DNA of 8,418 nucleotides from Azolla caroliniana (taxonomy: Eukaryota > Plantae > Polypodiophyta), in assembly GCA_043228905.1 (NCBI GenBank), contig JBHGNT010001442.1:1-8418 (forward strand). The letters are read 5' to 3'. The notes beneath the pieces are model-generated. The model searched no databases. It saw only the letters and a program-made list of their open reading frames with translations, and was not told where the DNA came from. Each line of letters begins with the position of its first letter. The stretch's first letter is position 1. The translations under genes were made by a program, and so were the position numbers. Shown here in pieces: positions 1 through 7,978 of this stretch.

Positions 1-2
1 AA

Positions 3-1190
3 TTAGTTGGGAAATATGCTTGGGGAAAAATCCACTTCTTGCTCTCCATGATCATTTTCTTGAATGTCCTTATCCATTATAGAAATGTAGGTAGGTCCCC
101 GATTTACATACTTCTTTAGGCGCCATCCATTCACACGTAGTTCATGAAGAGTCCCATCCATGTCCTTGAGTTGATAACTTCCATTGTCAAAGCAATCTTG
201 CAGCACCAAAGGTCCTTCCCAACGATTTATCATCTTTTGTCCTTTTATATTGTCAAAATGATTGTCATAGCGAAGTACAAGAGATCCTTTTGAAAAAGTA
301 TATTTTCTTGACCTTTTCTCATAGTACTTCTTCCTCCTCCAAGCCTGTTGCATAGAATGCTCTACTGCTTCCTCCCTTGAATATTGTAGAATATGGTTTT
401 GTGACAACCTATCCATCTTGCAACATTCTTCATCACGTAGATATGATCTTAAGAGGCTATTGCTTCTAACTTGAAGTTCAATTGGAAATAAAGCTTCTTG
501 TCCATATACTAAGAAGAAAGGTGTAAAACTTGTGGATGCCTTATATGATATGCGATAGGCCCATAGAGCATCATCAAGGAACTCATCCCATGTTCTTATT
601 CTATCAGTGACAAGTTTTTGAAGATTTTTAACCAAAATACCATTTACCTTTTCAACCGCTCCATTAGCTTGAGGATAATAAGGAGTAGAATACCTATGTT
701 TAATCTTTACCATTTCTAATAAGCAAGCCAACACTTCGCCACGAAAACTTGGACCGTAATCAGATACAATCTCTAGCGGTACACCGAATCTTGTACAAAT
801 ATTTTAGTAGATGAATTGGGCCACATCCCTTGCTTTAATCGAGGATGTTGCTATTGCTTCTACCCACTTAGTCATGTAATCAGTAGCTACCAATATGAAT
901 TCCTTACCGCTTTGGGTTCTTGGAAGGGGACCCACTGCATCGATTCCCCATTTTTCAAAGGGAGCAAAAACCACAATAGGATGCAAAGGGCCTGCTTGAA
1001 GTTGTCTTCTTCTTGCCTTTTGACAAGCATCACACGACTTGCACCATTCATGTATATCTTTGTGAATAGAAGGCCATGTAAAACCGGTTAATAAAATTTT
1101 TCTCAACATGATATCATGAGAAAAATGCCCTCCACAAGCCTCCTCATGCATCTTTTGTAAGATCTCCATAATTTCCTCCTTAATAGGCAC
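3..1190 (-). pseudogene. Integrase (HHCC zinc finger, DDE core, GPY/F C-terminus)
   Basis: HEEACGGH...CKSCDAC; WGIDAVGP; IVSDYGP; YYPQANGAVEKVN; RWEGPL...NGSYQL...VNGWRLKKY. Internal stop at 804-806. Confidence 0.96.
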
Positions 1191-1409
1191 TCTTCATAAA
1201 ACACCATCTTTGCCTTTATGATATAAGTCCTTATCCACCATTATATATTGGGATGCTCTCACCACCAATCGTTTTCTTTGTTTAGAATTAAAACCTTTAG
1301 GAAAATCACAACCGTCAAGAAACTCACATACCTCCTCAAGAGATGTCACATCTTTACACTCTTCCAAAATGCATATTGTCTCAAGTTTTAATTTCTTTAG
1401 TTGATCTTG

Positions 1410-1781
1410 AGCAAGTGCATCAGCCTCTTTATTGTCCAAACGACTTACATGTTTCAATTGAACTTTATGGAAACACTTAATTAAAGTTAGTGCCTCCTTA
1501 AAAAACATACGTAAACCATAACTTTGACATTTCCACACTCCTTGAATTTGTTTGATTACCAGAAGAGAATCACCTTTTACAATCAATCTTCTAATATCCC
1601 TTGCTTCACAAATTCGAAGGGCATAGCACAAAGTGGCGTACTATGCTTCATTGTTGGTATTGGCATTGGATAAAATAATACCCTCCGTGTGCACAATCTC
1701 TCCATTAGGGTCTCTAATAACGAGGCCTCCAACCGTTGAATGTGTCGCCTTACGAAACGCTCCATCAAAGAATAACATGAA
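1410..1781 (-). pseudogene. Additional RNase HI domain (aRH, archaeal-like)
   Basis: FMLFFDGA, TNNEA*Y, IVKGDSLLVIKQIQGVWK and HVSRLDNKEADALA form the D-E-D-D RNase HI pattern. The Glu codon is now TAG (1641-1643). Confidence 0.92.
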
Positions 1782-1859
1782 AGCATCCTCCATATCTGGT
1801 TCAAGAAGCGCATCTCTTATCTTTGTCAATTCCTCCTCCCGAAGGTTTTCTCTAAAAGT

Positions 1860-2212
1860 GAGAAGATCCGCCAACTCCGCACACATGGTAGACTCAAGCT
1901 TAACCTCAAAATCATATTCAACTAATTGGAGAGCCCATTTCATAATCCTAGCTGACACACTAACATGTTGGATAATATATGTAGTAAGGGCATACTAGTG
2001 ATGATTATGAAGTGTTGGGAAATTAGAAAACTCCTAAACTTTTTGCATGCATAAATTAGGGTTAACATCCACTTCTCTGCCATGAAAGTCTTTTCCACAT
2101 CACTTATGGCTCTACTAATAAAGTAAATAGGATGCATAAGTTTATTATGAGGATCTTGTTACATAAGAATAGCACCAATAGCATGAGAACTAACACTAAG
2201 AGAAAGGAAGAA
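1860..2212 (-). pseudogene. Native gypsy RNase H domain, catalytically degenerate
   Basis: AIGAILM, HPIYFISR, KKFRSFL and RIMKWALQLVEYDF...ADLL match the gypsy RH scaffold. The usual TDAS and TDH motifs read SLSVS and ITS. One stop and one frameshift lie inside. Confidence 0.85.
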
Positions 2213-2482
2213 AGTGGAGCTACTATTAGGAGGCTTAAGGATAGGAGCTTTTGATAATAGATCTCTTATTGTATCAAATTTTTCTTCTAGAAAAGGATTC
2301 CATACAAAGACGTTGGTGCGTAGGATGAATCTAAACGGATAAAGTACTTGGGCTAGCATATGGATAAACCTTTCAAAATAACGCACCTTTTGTACAAATG
2401 TTTCCAATGACTTAATATCTTTCGGGTAAGGTAGAGCTTCGAGTGCTTTAACCTTTGATGGATCCACCTTAATCCCTTGAAG

Positions 2483-3016
2483 AGATACCACATGACCAAG
2501 CATCACCACTTCTTTTTCACCAATGTGACACTTGTCGGGGTTGAGTTGTCCTTTGCACTCATCGAGTCTTTTGAAAGCTGCCCTTACCTTCTCTAGATGA
2601 TCAATCTTTTTGCTATATATAGCAAAATCATCTATAAACACCCTTACAAACTTTCCAAAAAAGGGTTGAAATACATGAATAGCCAAACGATTAAAGGTAA
2701 AAACAACATTAGTTAATCCAAAAGGCATACACCTATATGCAAAACAACCCCAAGGAGTAATAAATGTGGTTTTTCTTTGGTCTTCTTTGGCGATTCTTAT
2801 TTGAAAATAACCAGAATAACCATCGCAAATGGTGTATAGCTCGTGCCCAGCAATCTCATCCAAAATCTCATCCTAGAAAGGAAGTGGAAAATGATCTCGT
2901 TTGGTTGAAGCATTCAAGGGTTTGAAGTCGACACATACCCGCCATTTCCCATTCTTTTTTGGAACTACCACAACTGGTGACACCCACTCAGAATCCTCCA
3001 CTGGGTAAATAAAACC
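2483..3016 (-). pseudogene. Reverse transcriptase core
   Basis: Motifs WVSPVVVVPKKNGKWRVCVDFKPLN, DHFPLPF, DGYSGYFQI, MPFGL, FIDD (2627-2638) and LGHVVS. Internal stop at 2873-2875. Confidence 0.97.
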
Positions 3017-3489
3017 TGCTCTCAACAATGCTTTAACTTCCTTTAAAAGAGCTTCCTTTTGTACCATACCTAACCGACGAAGCTTTTGAGCAACCGGTAC
3101 ACTTCCTTCCTTTAAATTGATGTGATGCTTGATGACATCTACTCCTCTTATCTACGAATAGTCATTTATGAATAATTTTGGAAATTCAGAAAGAAGAGAA
3201 ATAAACCTTTGACGCTCTTCTCCTCGGATATCTTCGGAAATCATCTTCTCTTTCCCCTCCAAGGTAATAATGCTACTTTCTTCTTCAATGCCTCCTTCTT
3301 CGTCCTTAGACACCACATAGGACGTATTTTCCTCCCAATCCGACAAGGATTCATCACTTGATAAGCTTTCTCTTTCTCGCTCGCTGTTGTAGGAAGACGA
3401 TTCTTTCTCCTTTTCACCTTTAATTACTCATTGAAGATGCATGTCGTAAAAGATCTTGAACCCCTCTGATGGTGATAAGGTCATGATGC

Positions 3490-3810
3490 CATTTCTCCAA
3501 TCCTGGATCACTTTTAACTCTTGCATCCAAGGTCTTCCTAATACTAAGGAATAAGATGGCCCTTTAGGAGGTATGACATGAAAATCCATGGAAATAGATA
3601 TACCAAAACATTCGATCACTACATCCTCTATAATTCTCAAACAAGGAACCAAACCCCCATTAGCTACAACTACTTTTGTTGAGGACTTCTTACAAATGGG
3701 AATTCCAATCTTAGTTACTAAAACCTCATATATAAGGCTTATTCTAGCACCACTATCTACCAAGGCATCCTTAATTAAAAAACCTTTGATGGTTACCGGG
3801 ATAGTTGGTT
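3490..3810 (-). pseudogene. Aspartic protease (retropepsin) domain; boundaries approximate
   Basis: Active site ALVDSGA (DSG at 3749-3757), flap VANGG and C-terminal LVLGRPWM motif. Confidence 0.9.
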
Positions 3811-4345
3811 GAATATCCTTTCGATCTTTTACTTGCACAACTCCAACATAATGTAATGTCTTTACGCTCTTTCGTATGCTTGATAGGCGTCCCCACTCCT
3901 TGCGTAGTGATGGAGAAAGTTGGAGAAGTTGTGGCCAACTGATGCGTGGTCCACTAGAGATTAGCTCTTGCTTGAGATCGAACGGTTCCACACCTTTCCC
4001 CATCGGCATATCATCAATTTTTATCTTTCTTCGCGAATGTTTCTTTCTAGGTTCATCCTCCAAGTTAGTCTCCTTAGTCTTCTTCTTTTGTTGAGAGTTA
4101 CTAGTCTCTCCTTCCGTTGTTATATTCTTTTGTGATTCCCTAATTCTCTTTATGGGTGCAACATCACATTCTTCATCTGTATCATACATAAAGTCAAGAA
4201 GATTTACATTAGGGGGAATTGTTGGAATTTGAGTTGAGATGTTTTCCCCTCCCGCCACTTGTGTGTTGAGCTGGTTAATATTATTGTTTTGATTGCCTTG
4301 TAGTTGGTGCATGCCTCGATCCCAACCACCTTGTCGTCGTGAAGG

Positions 4346-4387
4346 GAAGCGTGTTGATATGTGCCCCTCGACACCACATGTGTAGCA
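4346..4387 (-). other. Gag nucleocapsid zinc knuckle CX2CX4HX4C with the last Cys mutated to Phe
   Basis: Translation CYTCGVEGHISTRF; the final codon TTC is one substitution from TGC. Confidence 0.85.
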
Positions 4388-4597
4388 CACAACCACTCTT
4401 CTTTCCCTTGGAGCATCTCGAGTTTGACTTACATTAAAATTCGCTTGCATTTGTTGGGTTTGTCGAGTAACTTCATCCAAACGCTGATTTGATTGCTCCG
4501 AGAAATCCCCCTCTAATTTAGATGGAATAGATTCTTGCATTATGGAGGTATTAGATTGACATGTTGTTGGAGATGTCATAAAAACATTAGGAAACAC

Positions 4598-5191
4598 CTA
4601 CCCACCATGCAATATCGATGATTGATTAAGAATAGGGGATGCAATTAGATTACCTCCAATTGCTGCGACTGTCGAATCTGCTCCTACTTGTAGAACCATG
4701 ATTTGTCTATTGTAAGCTTGACAAGTTTGTAAGAGCACTTGGAAAGTTGTAGGATTCTTTAGATTTGCTTCCAACGCAAAGTGCGAACTTAATCCCGCTT
4801 TAAAGCGGTCCATCTTAAACCATTCATCCTCTGTACCCCCATGTAATCGAATCCACGTAATCCAAAGGTTGATAAACTCCCTCTCGTAATTGTTGTACTC
4901 CATCGTTGAGGACATCCGCAAACGAAAGAGTGCCTCTCGCACTTCCGTTGCATTACAGCGTCTAATATACTTCGCTTTAAATTGTTGCACCAACAATTGG
5001 TAATTGACTTGTTGGTTCATTGGCAAGGACTCATACCAATCCCTTGCTCGTCCATAAAAAGTGGCCACCAATAGAGGAAGCTTCTCCAAATCTGTTATCT
5101 TCCCTATTGAGACTGCGTGACGTTTGAAGTCGGCCAAGAATGCGCCCGCATCTTTGACCCCATCTCCTGCAAAAGCAAATTGAAAAGCCAT
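4598..5191 (-). pseudogene. gag: Gag capsid-like region (retrotransposon gag domain)
   Basis: Motifs GRARDWYESLP...YQLLVQQFKAKY and FKAGL...NPTTF match the retrotransposon gag pattern. The region starts 70 bp downstream of the PBS. Confidence 0.85.
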
Positions 5192-5260
5192 ATCGGCTAC
5201 AAATAAGACCTTCTTATAATACAGACAAAATTGGCCTTTCCTCCGATACGGAAAGAATCG

Positions 5261-5278
5261 GCCCTCCCTGGAGCGCCA
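5261..5278 (-). promoter_or_regulatory. Primer binding site of the gypsy element, probably tRNA-Asn
   Basis: Minus strand TGGCGCTCCAGGGAGGGC begins 3 nt after the LTR end (...CATCA). Its complement CCCTCCCTGGAGCG-CCA has the form of a tRNA 3' end. It resembles the angiosperm tRNA-Asn end CCCTCCTTCTAGCG-CCA as I recall it; the tRNA identity is an inference. Confidence 0.8.
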
Positions 5279-5281
5279 AAA

Positions 5282-5795
5282 TGATGAAGAGATAGAGAAA
5301 AATGATAGAGATGAGAGGAGGAGTAAAAAAGAATGCTTCAATATACTAATAAGAAAAGAATACATTACTCTTATACTCGAAGAGTAACAAAAACCAAATA
5401 ACTACTTAAATATAATATTCGACAAAAAAGTCTTTCCTTCTTCACCCTTTCTTCTACTAATGTTCTTATAACCCTCTTATTCTTTCTCCCTTCTTCTTGT
5501 AGATAATCTATCCTCCCCCCTATTGCTAAGAATACCTTCATATTTATAGGTTTCTAGTTGCGTTATTCTTGCTTTTTTCTTTTCTTTTCTTTTACATATG
5601 CTCGAGTTTATGTGATTCATTTTTCATATCATTATTTCTATTTTATATTTCTAAATTTATCATAAATAAAGCTCTCTTTGTTAGCTTTCTTATGAATCTT
5701 TTTTTTTGAAATTTGGATAAGAGATGCAGAAGTTATGAGCTTTTTTCTCTACCTTGCTTTATTCGATGTATTTGCCACGGTCTTTTCTTACAACA
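5282..5795 (-). repeat. 5' LTR of the gypsy element (514 bp)
   Basis: Minus-strand termini are TGTTG...CATCA and the stretch is AT-rich with a TATA box. It is bounded by the PBS on one side and the interrupted copia gag on the other. The partner LTR is not in the window. Confidence 0.8.
5541..5550 (-). promoter_or_regulatory. TATA box in the gypsy LTR
   Basis: Minus strand CCTATAAATA, mid-LTR and oriented toward gag. Confidence 0.7.
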
Positions 5796-6334
5796 AAAAT
5801 TGACTTCACACTAGGGATAATTGTTTTCCTTCCGGCCCGGAGTTGCCCATCGTGACAACTAACGTCTCCCAGCTATCTAGGAGGGAACCAAAGCAAGAGT
5901 AGAGTAAGTACCTCATCAGTGAGAGGTACTTCCAATGAGGTTTCTTGATGTATCAACCCCTGGAAGGCATTCATGTGCTCCGCCGTACTAGAGCCATCTT
6001 GGTACCGAAGCCGCACTAGCTTCCGGAATACCGAAACCCGATTAACAACATTTCTGTTTTGAAACATAATGCCGATCTTCTCCCAGAGCTCATGAGCCTT
6101 ACTCTCCTAATTTAAGTTGTTGTACAGGCTCATGTCGATGAAGCACCGTATGTACGTGGTTATCTTCATGTGGATCGCCTCCCATATCGTGGCATCGATC
6201 TTGTCCGGTCTCTTGTCCCTGAACTGAACCGGCAACAAAAGATCTTAAGCCACGAGCATGTCCCTCATCTTCAACTTCCACACTGAGTAGTTGGAGTCAG
6301 TGAGCTTGAACATGCCACGAGATGAATCTTCCAT
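5796..6334 (-). pseudogene. gag: Copia gag N-terminal part (UBN2-like; resembles Tork/Tnt1-type gag)
   Basis: Manual translation from ATG 6334: MEDSSRGMFKLTDSNYSVWKLKMRDMLVA*DLL...NNLN*ESKAHELWEKI...FRKLVRLRYQDGSSTAEHMNAFQGLI...EVLTLLLL/GSLLDSWETLVVTMGNSGPEGKQLSL/VKS. Stops are at 6245-6247 and 6107-6109, with frameshifts near 5890 and 5810. Confidence 0.9.
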
Positions 6335-6349
6335 TTTCTATGTTGTTTC

Positions 6350-6361
6350 GCTTTGATACTA
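6350..6361 (-). promoter_or_regulatory. Degenerate tRNA-iMet primer binding site of copia element A
   Basis: Minus strand TAGTATCAAAGC versus canonical TGGTATCAGAGC (two G>A changes). It lies 3 nt after the LTR end and 15 nt before the gag ATG. Confidence 0.88.
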
Positions 6362-6655
6362 GATTGACACGAAATATGCGGAATATTACTCGGCCACAAC
6401 CGAGTCTCAGATCGTGTCATTTCGAATCGTACACCAAGAATGGGAATGGAGGTGAAAACACATACACACAGACAATATGAGAGAGGGTACACGGTATGTT
6501 AACGTGGAAAACCCTGAGAGGGAAAAGTCACGGGAGCCCACATATTCCAAACTATCACTATGACAAGGAATACAACAGGGAGCACAGAGGCAACGACCTC
6601 TTGCTCTCAACCTTCGCCTGGCGGCAGTTACAGCAGAGACACACTCTCTGTATCG

Positions 6656-6673
6656 CTCTCTATCTCTCTCTCT
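6656..6673. repeat. Imperfect (CT)n microsatellite in LTR1
   Basis: ctctctatctctctctct. Confidence 0.8.
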
Positions 6674-6899
6674 ATTACACTTTGTACATTAGTTACACCA
6701 ATAACTCTATACATCATCATCTACCTAAGTGTTTGCCCTAGGTCATATTTATACTAATATGAAATTAGGACTATTTACAAATATAGCCACAATGGGCTAA
6801 CAAAAACATATTTACATATATGTCCCTTCATCTGGTGCGAGGTTCTCATCGGGCCTGCGTCATCTGGTTCTCACCGGGTCTTCCTTGCCGGATACTCAT

Positions 6900-6954
6900 C
6901 ATCCGGTTCTCACCGGGCCTTCATCATCCAGTTCTTACCGGGCCTTCATCATCC
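6900..6954. repeat. 25-bp tandem repeat (about 2.2 copies) in U3 of LTR1, with a further dispersed copy at 6861
   Basis: catccggttctcaccgggccttcat at 6900, catccagttcttaccgggccttcat at 6925 and catcc at 6950. Confidence 0.85.
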
Positions 6955-6980
6955 CATCCGGACGGACCGAAATCCTAACA

Positions 6981-7109
6981 CGTAATGGCCAAGTCTGTGA
7001 AGCCTGTCAAATGGGAAAGCAACACCGACTTCCATTCCCCAATGAGCGTAATCGTAGTCGAAGTCCGCTGGATATGATCCATTCGGATGTGTGGGGTCCG
7101 GCAACGAAC
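6981..7109 (+). pseudogene. 129-bp integrase fragment of an older, oppositely oriented Ty1/copia element
   Basis: Translation RNGQVCEACQMGKQHRLPFPNERNRSRSPLDMIHSDVWGPATN contains the copia integrase CxxC and the HSDVWGP first catalytic Asp motif. It is cut exactly by LTR ends on both sides. Confidence 0.92.
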
Positions 7110-7685
7110 TAACGTGAAATATGCGTGTGCGGAACATCTCGGCCACAACCAAGACTTCAATCACCTCGTCAAAATCACAACTACAGAAGAAATGGGCAAT
7201 GAAGGTAAATGCACCTACACACAAACAATATGAGAGAGAGTACATAGTATGTATATGTGGAAAACCCTAAATGGGAAAAACCACGGAGTCCACAAACTCC
7301 AACTATCACTATGTAAGGAGAATACAACAGAGGAACACAGAGGCAACGACCTCTTGCTCTCAATCTTTGCCTGATGGTAGTTACCACAAAGACACACTCT
7401 GTATCGCTCTCTCTCTCTCCCTCTCTCTCTCTCGCTCTGTGTACAACATTTGCACCAATAACTCTATACAATGATACTGACCTCTGTACACAATCATACT
7501 AGAGTGTTTGCCCTAGGTCATATTTATGCTAATATGACTTTAGGACTATTTACAGATATAGCCCCAATGGTCTCTCAGAAACATATTTACATATATGTCC
7601 CTCCATCCGGTGAGAGGTTCTCATCGGGCCTACATTATCCAGTTCTCATCAGGTCTTCCTTGCCAGGTACTCATCATCCGATTCT
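7110..7685 (-). repeat. Copia LTR2, same family as LTR1, truncated in U3 by LTR3 (solo LTR or 3' LTR)
   Basis: Plus strand starts TAACGTGAAATATGC versus TGACACGAAATATGC in LTR1 (terminal TG>TA). It stays colinear with LTR1 up to ...catcatccgattct. No PBS is adjacent. Confidence 0.88.
7407..7433. repeat. Imperfect (CT)n microsatellite in LTR2
   Basis: ctctctctctctccctctctctctctc. Confidence 0.85.
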
Positions 7686-7958
7686 TGACGAAAACTACAC
7701 GCTGCCTATAGGCAGCGCTCGGCCACAACCGAGCTTAGAATCATACACAGAAAACGGGAAATAAAAGCACGACATGAAGAAGAGAAGCGTACACATGATG
7801 TTTACGTGGAAAACCCAAAGAGGGAAAAACCACGGCAGCCCACAGGCTGCAAACTATCACTATGTTAGAATGTACAACAGTGAGTTCATGGAGGCAACGA
7901 CCTCGTGCTCACGATCTTCGCCACAAGCGGCGGTTACAACAAAGGCAACAACCTCTTC

Positions 7959-7978
7959 CTCTCTCTCTCTCTCTCTCT
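7959..7978. repeat. (CT)10 microsatellite in LTR3
   Basis: Perfect CT run at the position homologous to those in LTR1 and LTR2. Confidence 0.9.

Larger units (their letters stand above)
3..5191 (-). pseudogene. gag-pol: Disrupted gag-pol polyprotein (about 1730 codons if repaired)
   Basis: ATG at 5191 (MAFQFAF...). The ORF-track pieces are co-framed and separated by single stops at 4598-4600, 3428-3430, 3152-3154, 2873-2875, 2159-2161, 1641-1643, 1194-1196 and 804-806. One apparent 1-bp deletion lies near 1981 (MPLL/YIIQHVSVSAR). Terminal TAA is at 3-5. Confidence 0.92.
1..5795 (-). mobile_element. Ty3/gypsy LTR retrotransposon, non-chromovirus, Tat-like with additional RNase H; 3' end lies beyond the window's left edge
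   Basis: Minus-strand order is LTR, PBS, gag, CCHC, protease, RT, RH, aRH, integrase. INT after RT/RH is the gypsy order. No chromodomain follows the integrase GPY/F motif. Confidence 0.95.
5796..6980 (-). mobile_element. 5' part of a Ty1/copia LTR retrotransposon (element A), interrupted by the gypsy element
   Basis: LTR, iMet-like PBS and copia gag are in the expected order. The gag is cut at ...VKSI by the gypsy LTR. Confidence 0.9.
6365..6980 (-). repeat. Copia LTR1 (616 bp), 5' LTR of element A
   Basis: Minus-strand termini TGTTAGG...GTGTCA; TATAAATA at 6746-6753; colinear similarity to 7110-7685 and 7686-8408. Confidence 0.9.

Noticed and set aside
3-110. Chromodomain or env-like extension after integrase
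   Set aside because: Only a short acidic tail precedes the stop. Anything further downstream is outside the window.
3152-3430. Ogre-like intron between protease and RT
   Set aside because: The segment stays in frame and open for 91 codons, encoding an acidic linker that leads into the RT N-terminus. The flanking stops look like point mutations.
816-4094. Plus-strand ORFs antisense to pol (816-1091, 1633-1998, 3588-3812, 3876-4094)
   Set aside because: They are short shadow ORFs of the coding strand with no recognisable motifs.
4595-4603. Programmed stop-codon readthrough between gag and pol
   Set aside because: The TAG lies before the nucleocapsid knuckle and is one of eight similar stops. 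CAG>TAG decay is simpler.
5192-5365. Hydrophobic signal-peptide-like N-terminal extension of gag
   Set aside because: It runs through the CT-rich LTR end and the PBS, which explains the Leu/Ser/Phe content. The ATG at 5191 is the more plausible start.
6885-7112. 75-aa plus-strand ORF as a real small gene
   Set aside because: It is a chance fusion of antisense LTR1 sequence (non-ATG start) to the integrase fragment, closed by the mutated LTR2 end (TAA).
6365-7685. LTR2-129 bp-LTR1 as a TRIM-like mini element or the LTR pair of one element
   Set aside because: The spacer has no PBS or PPT and is antisense integrase, and LTR1 has its own PBS and gag on the other side.
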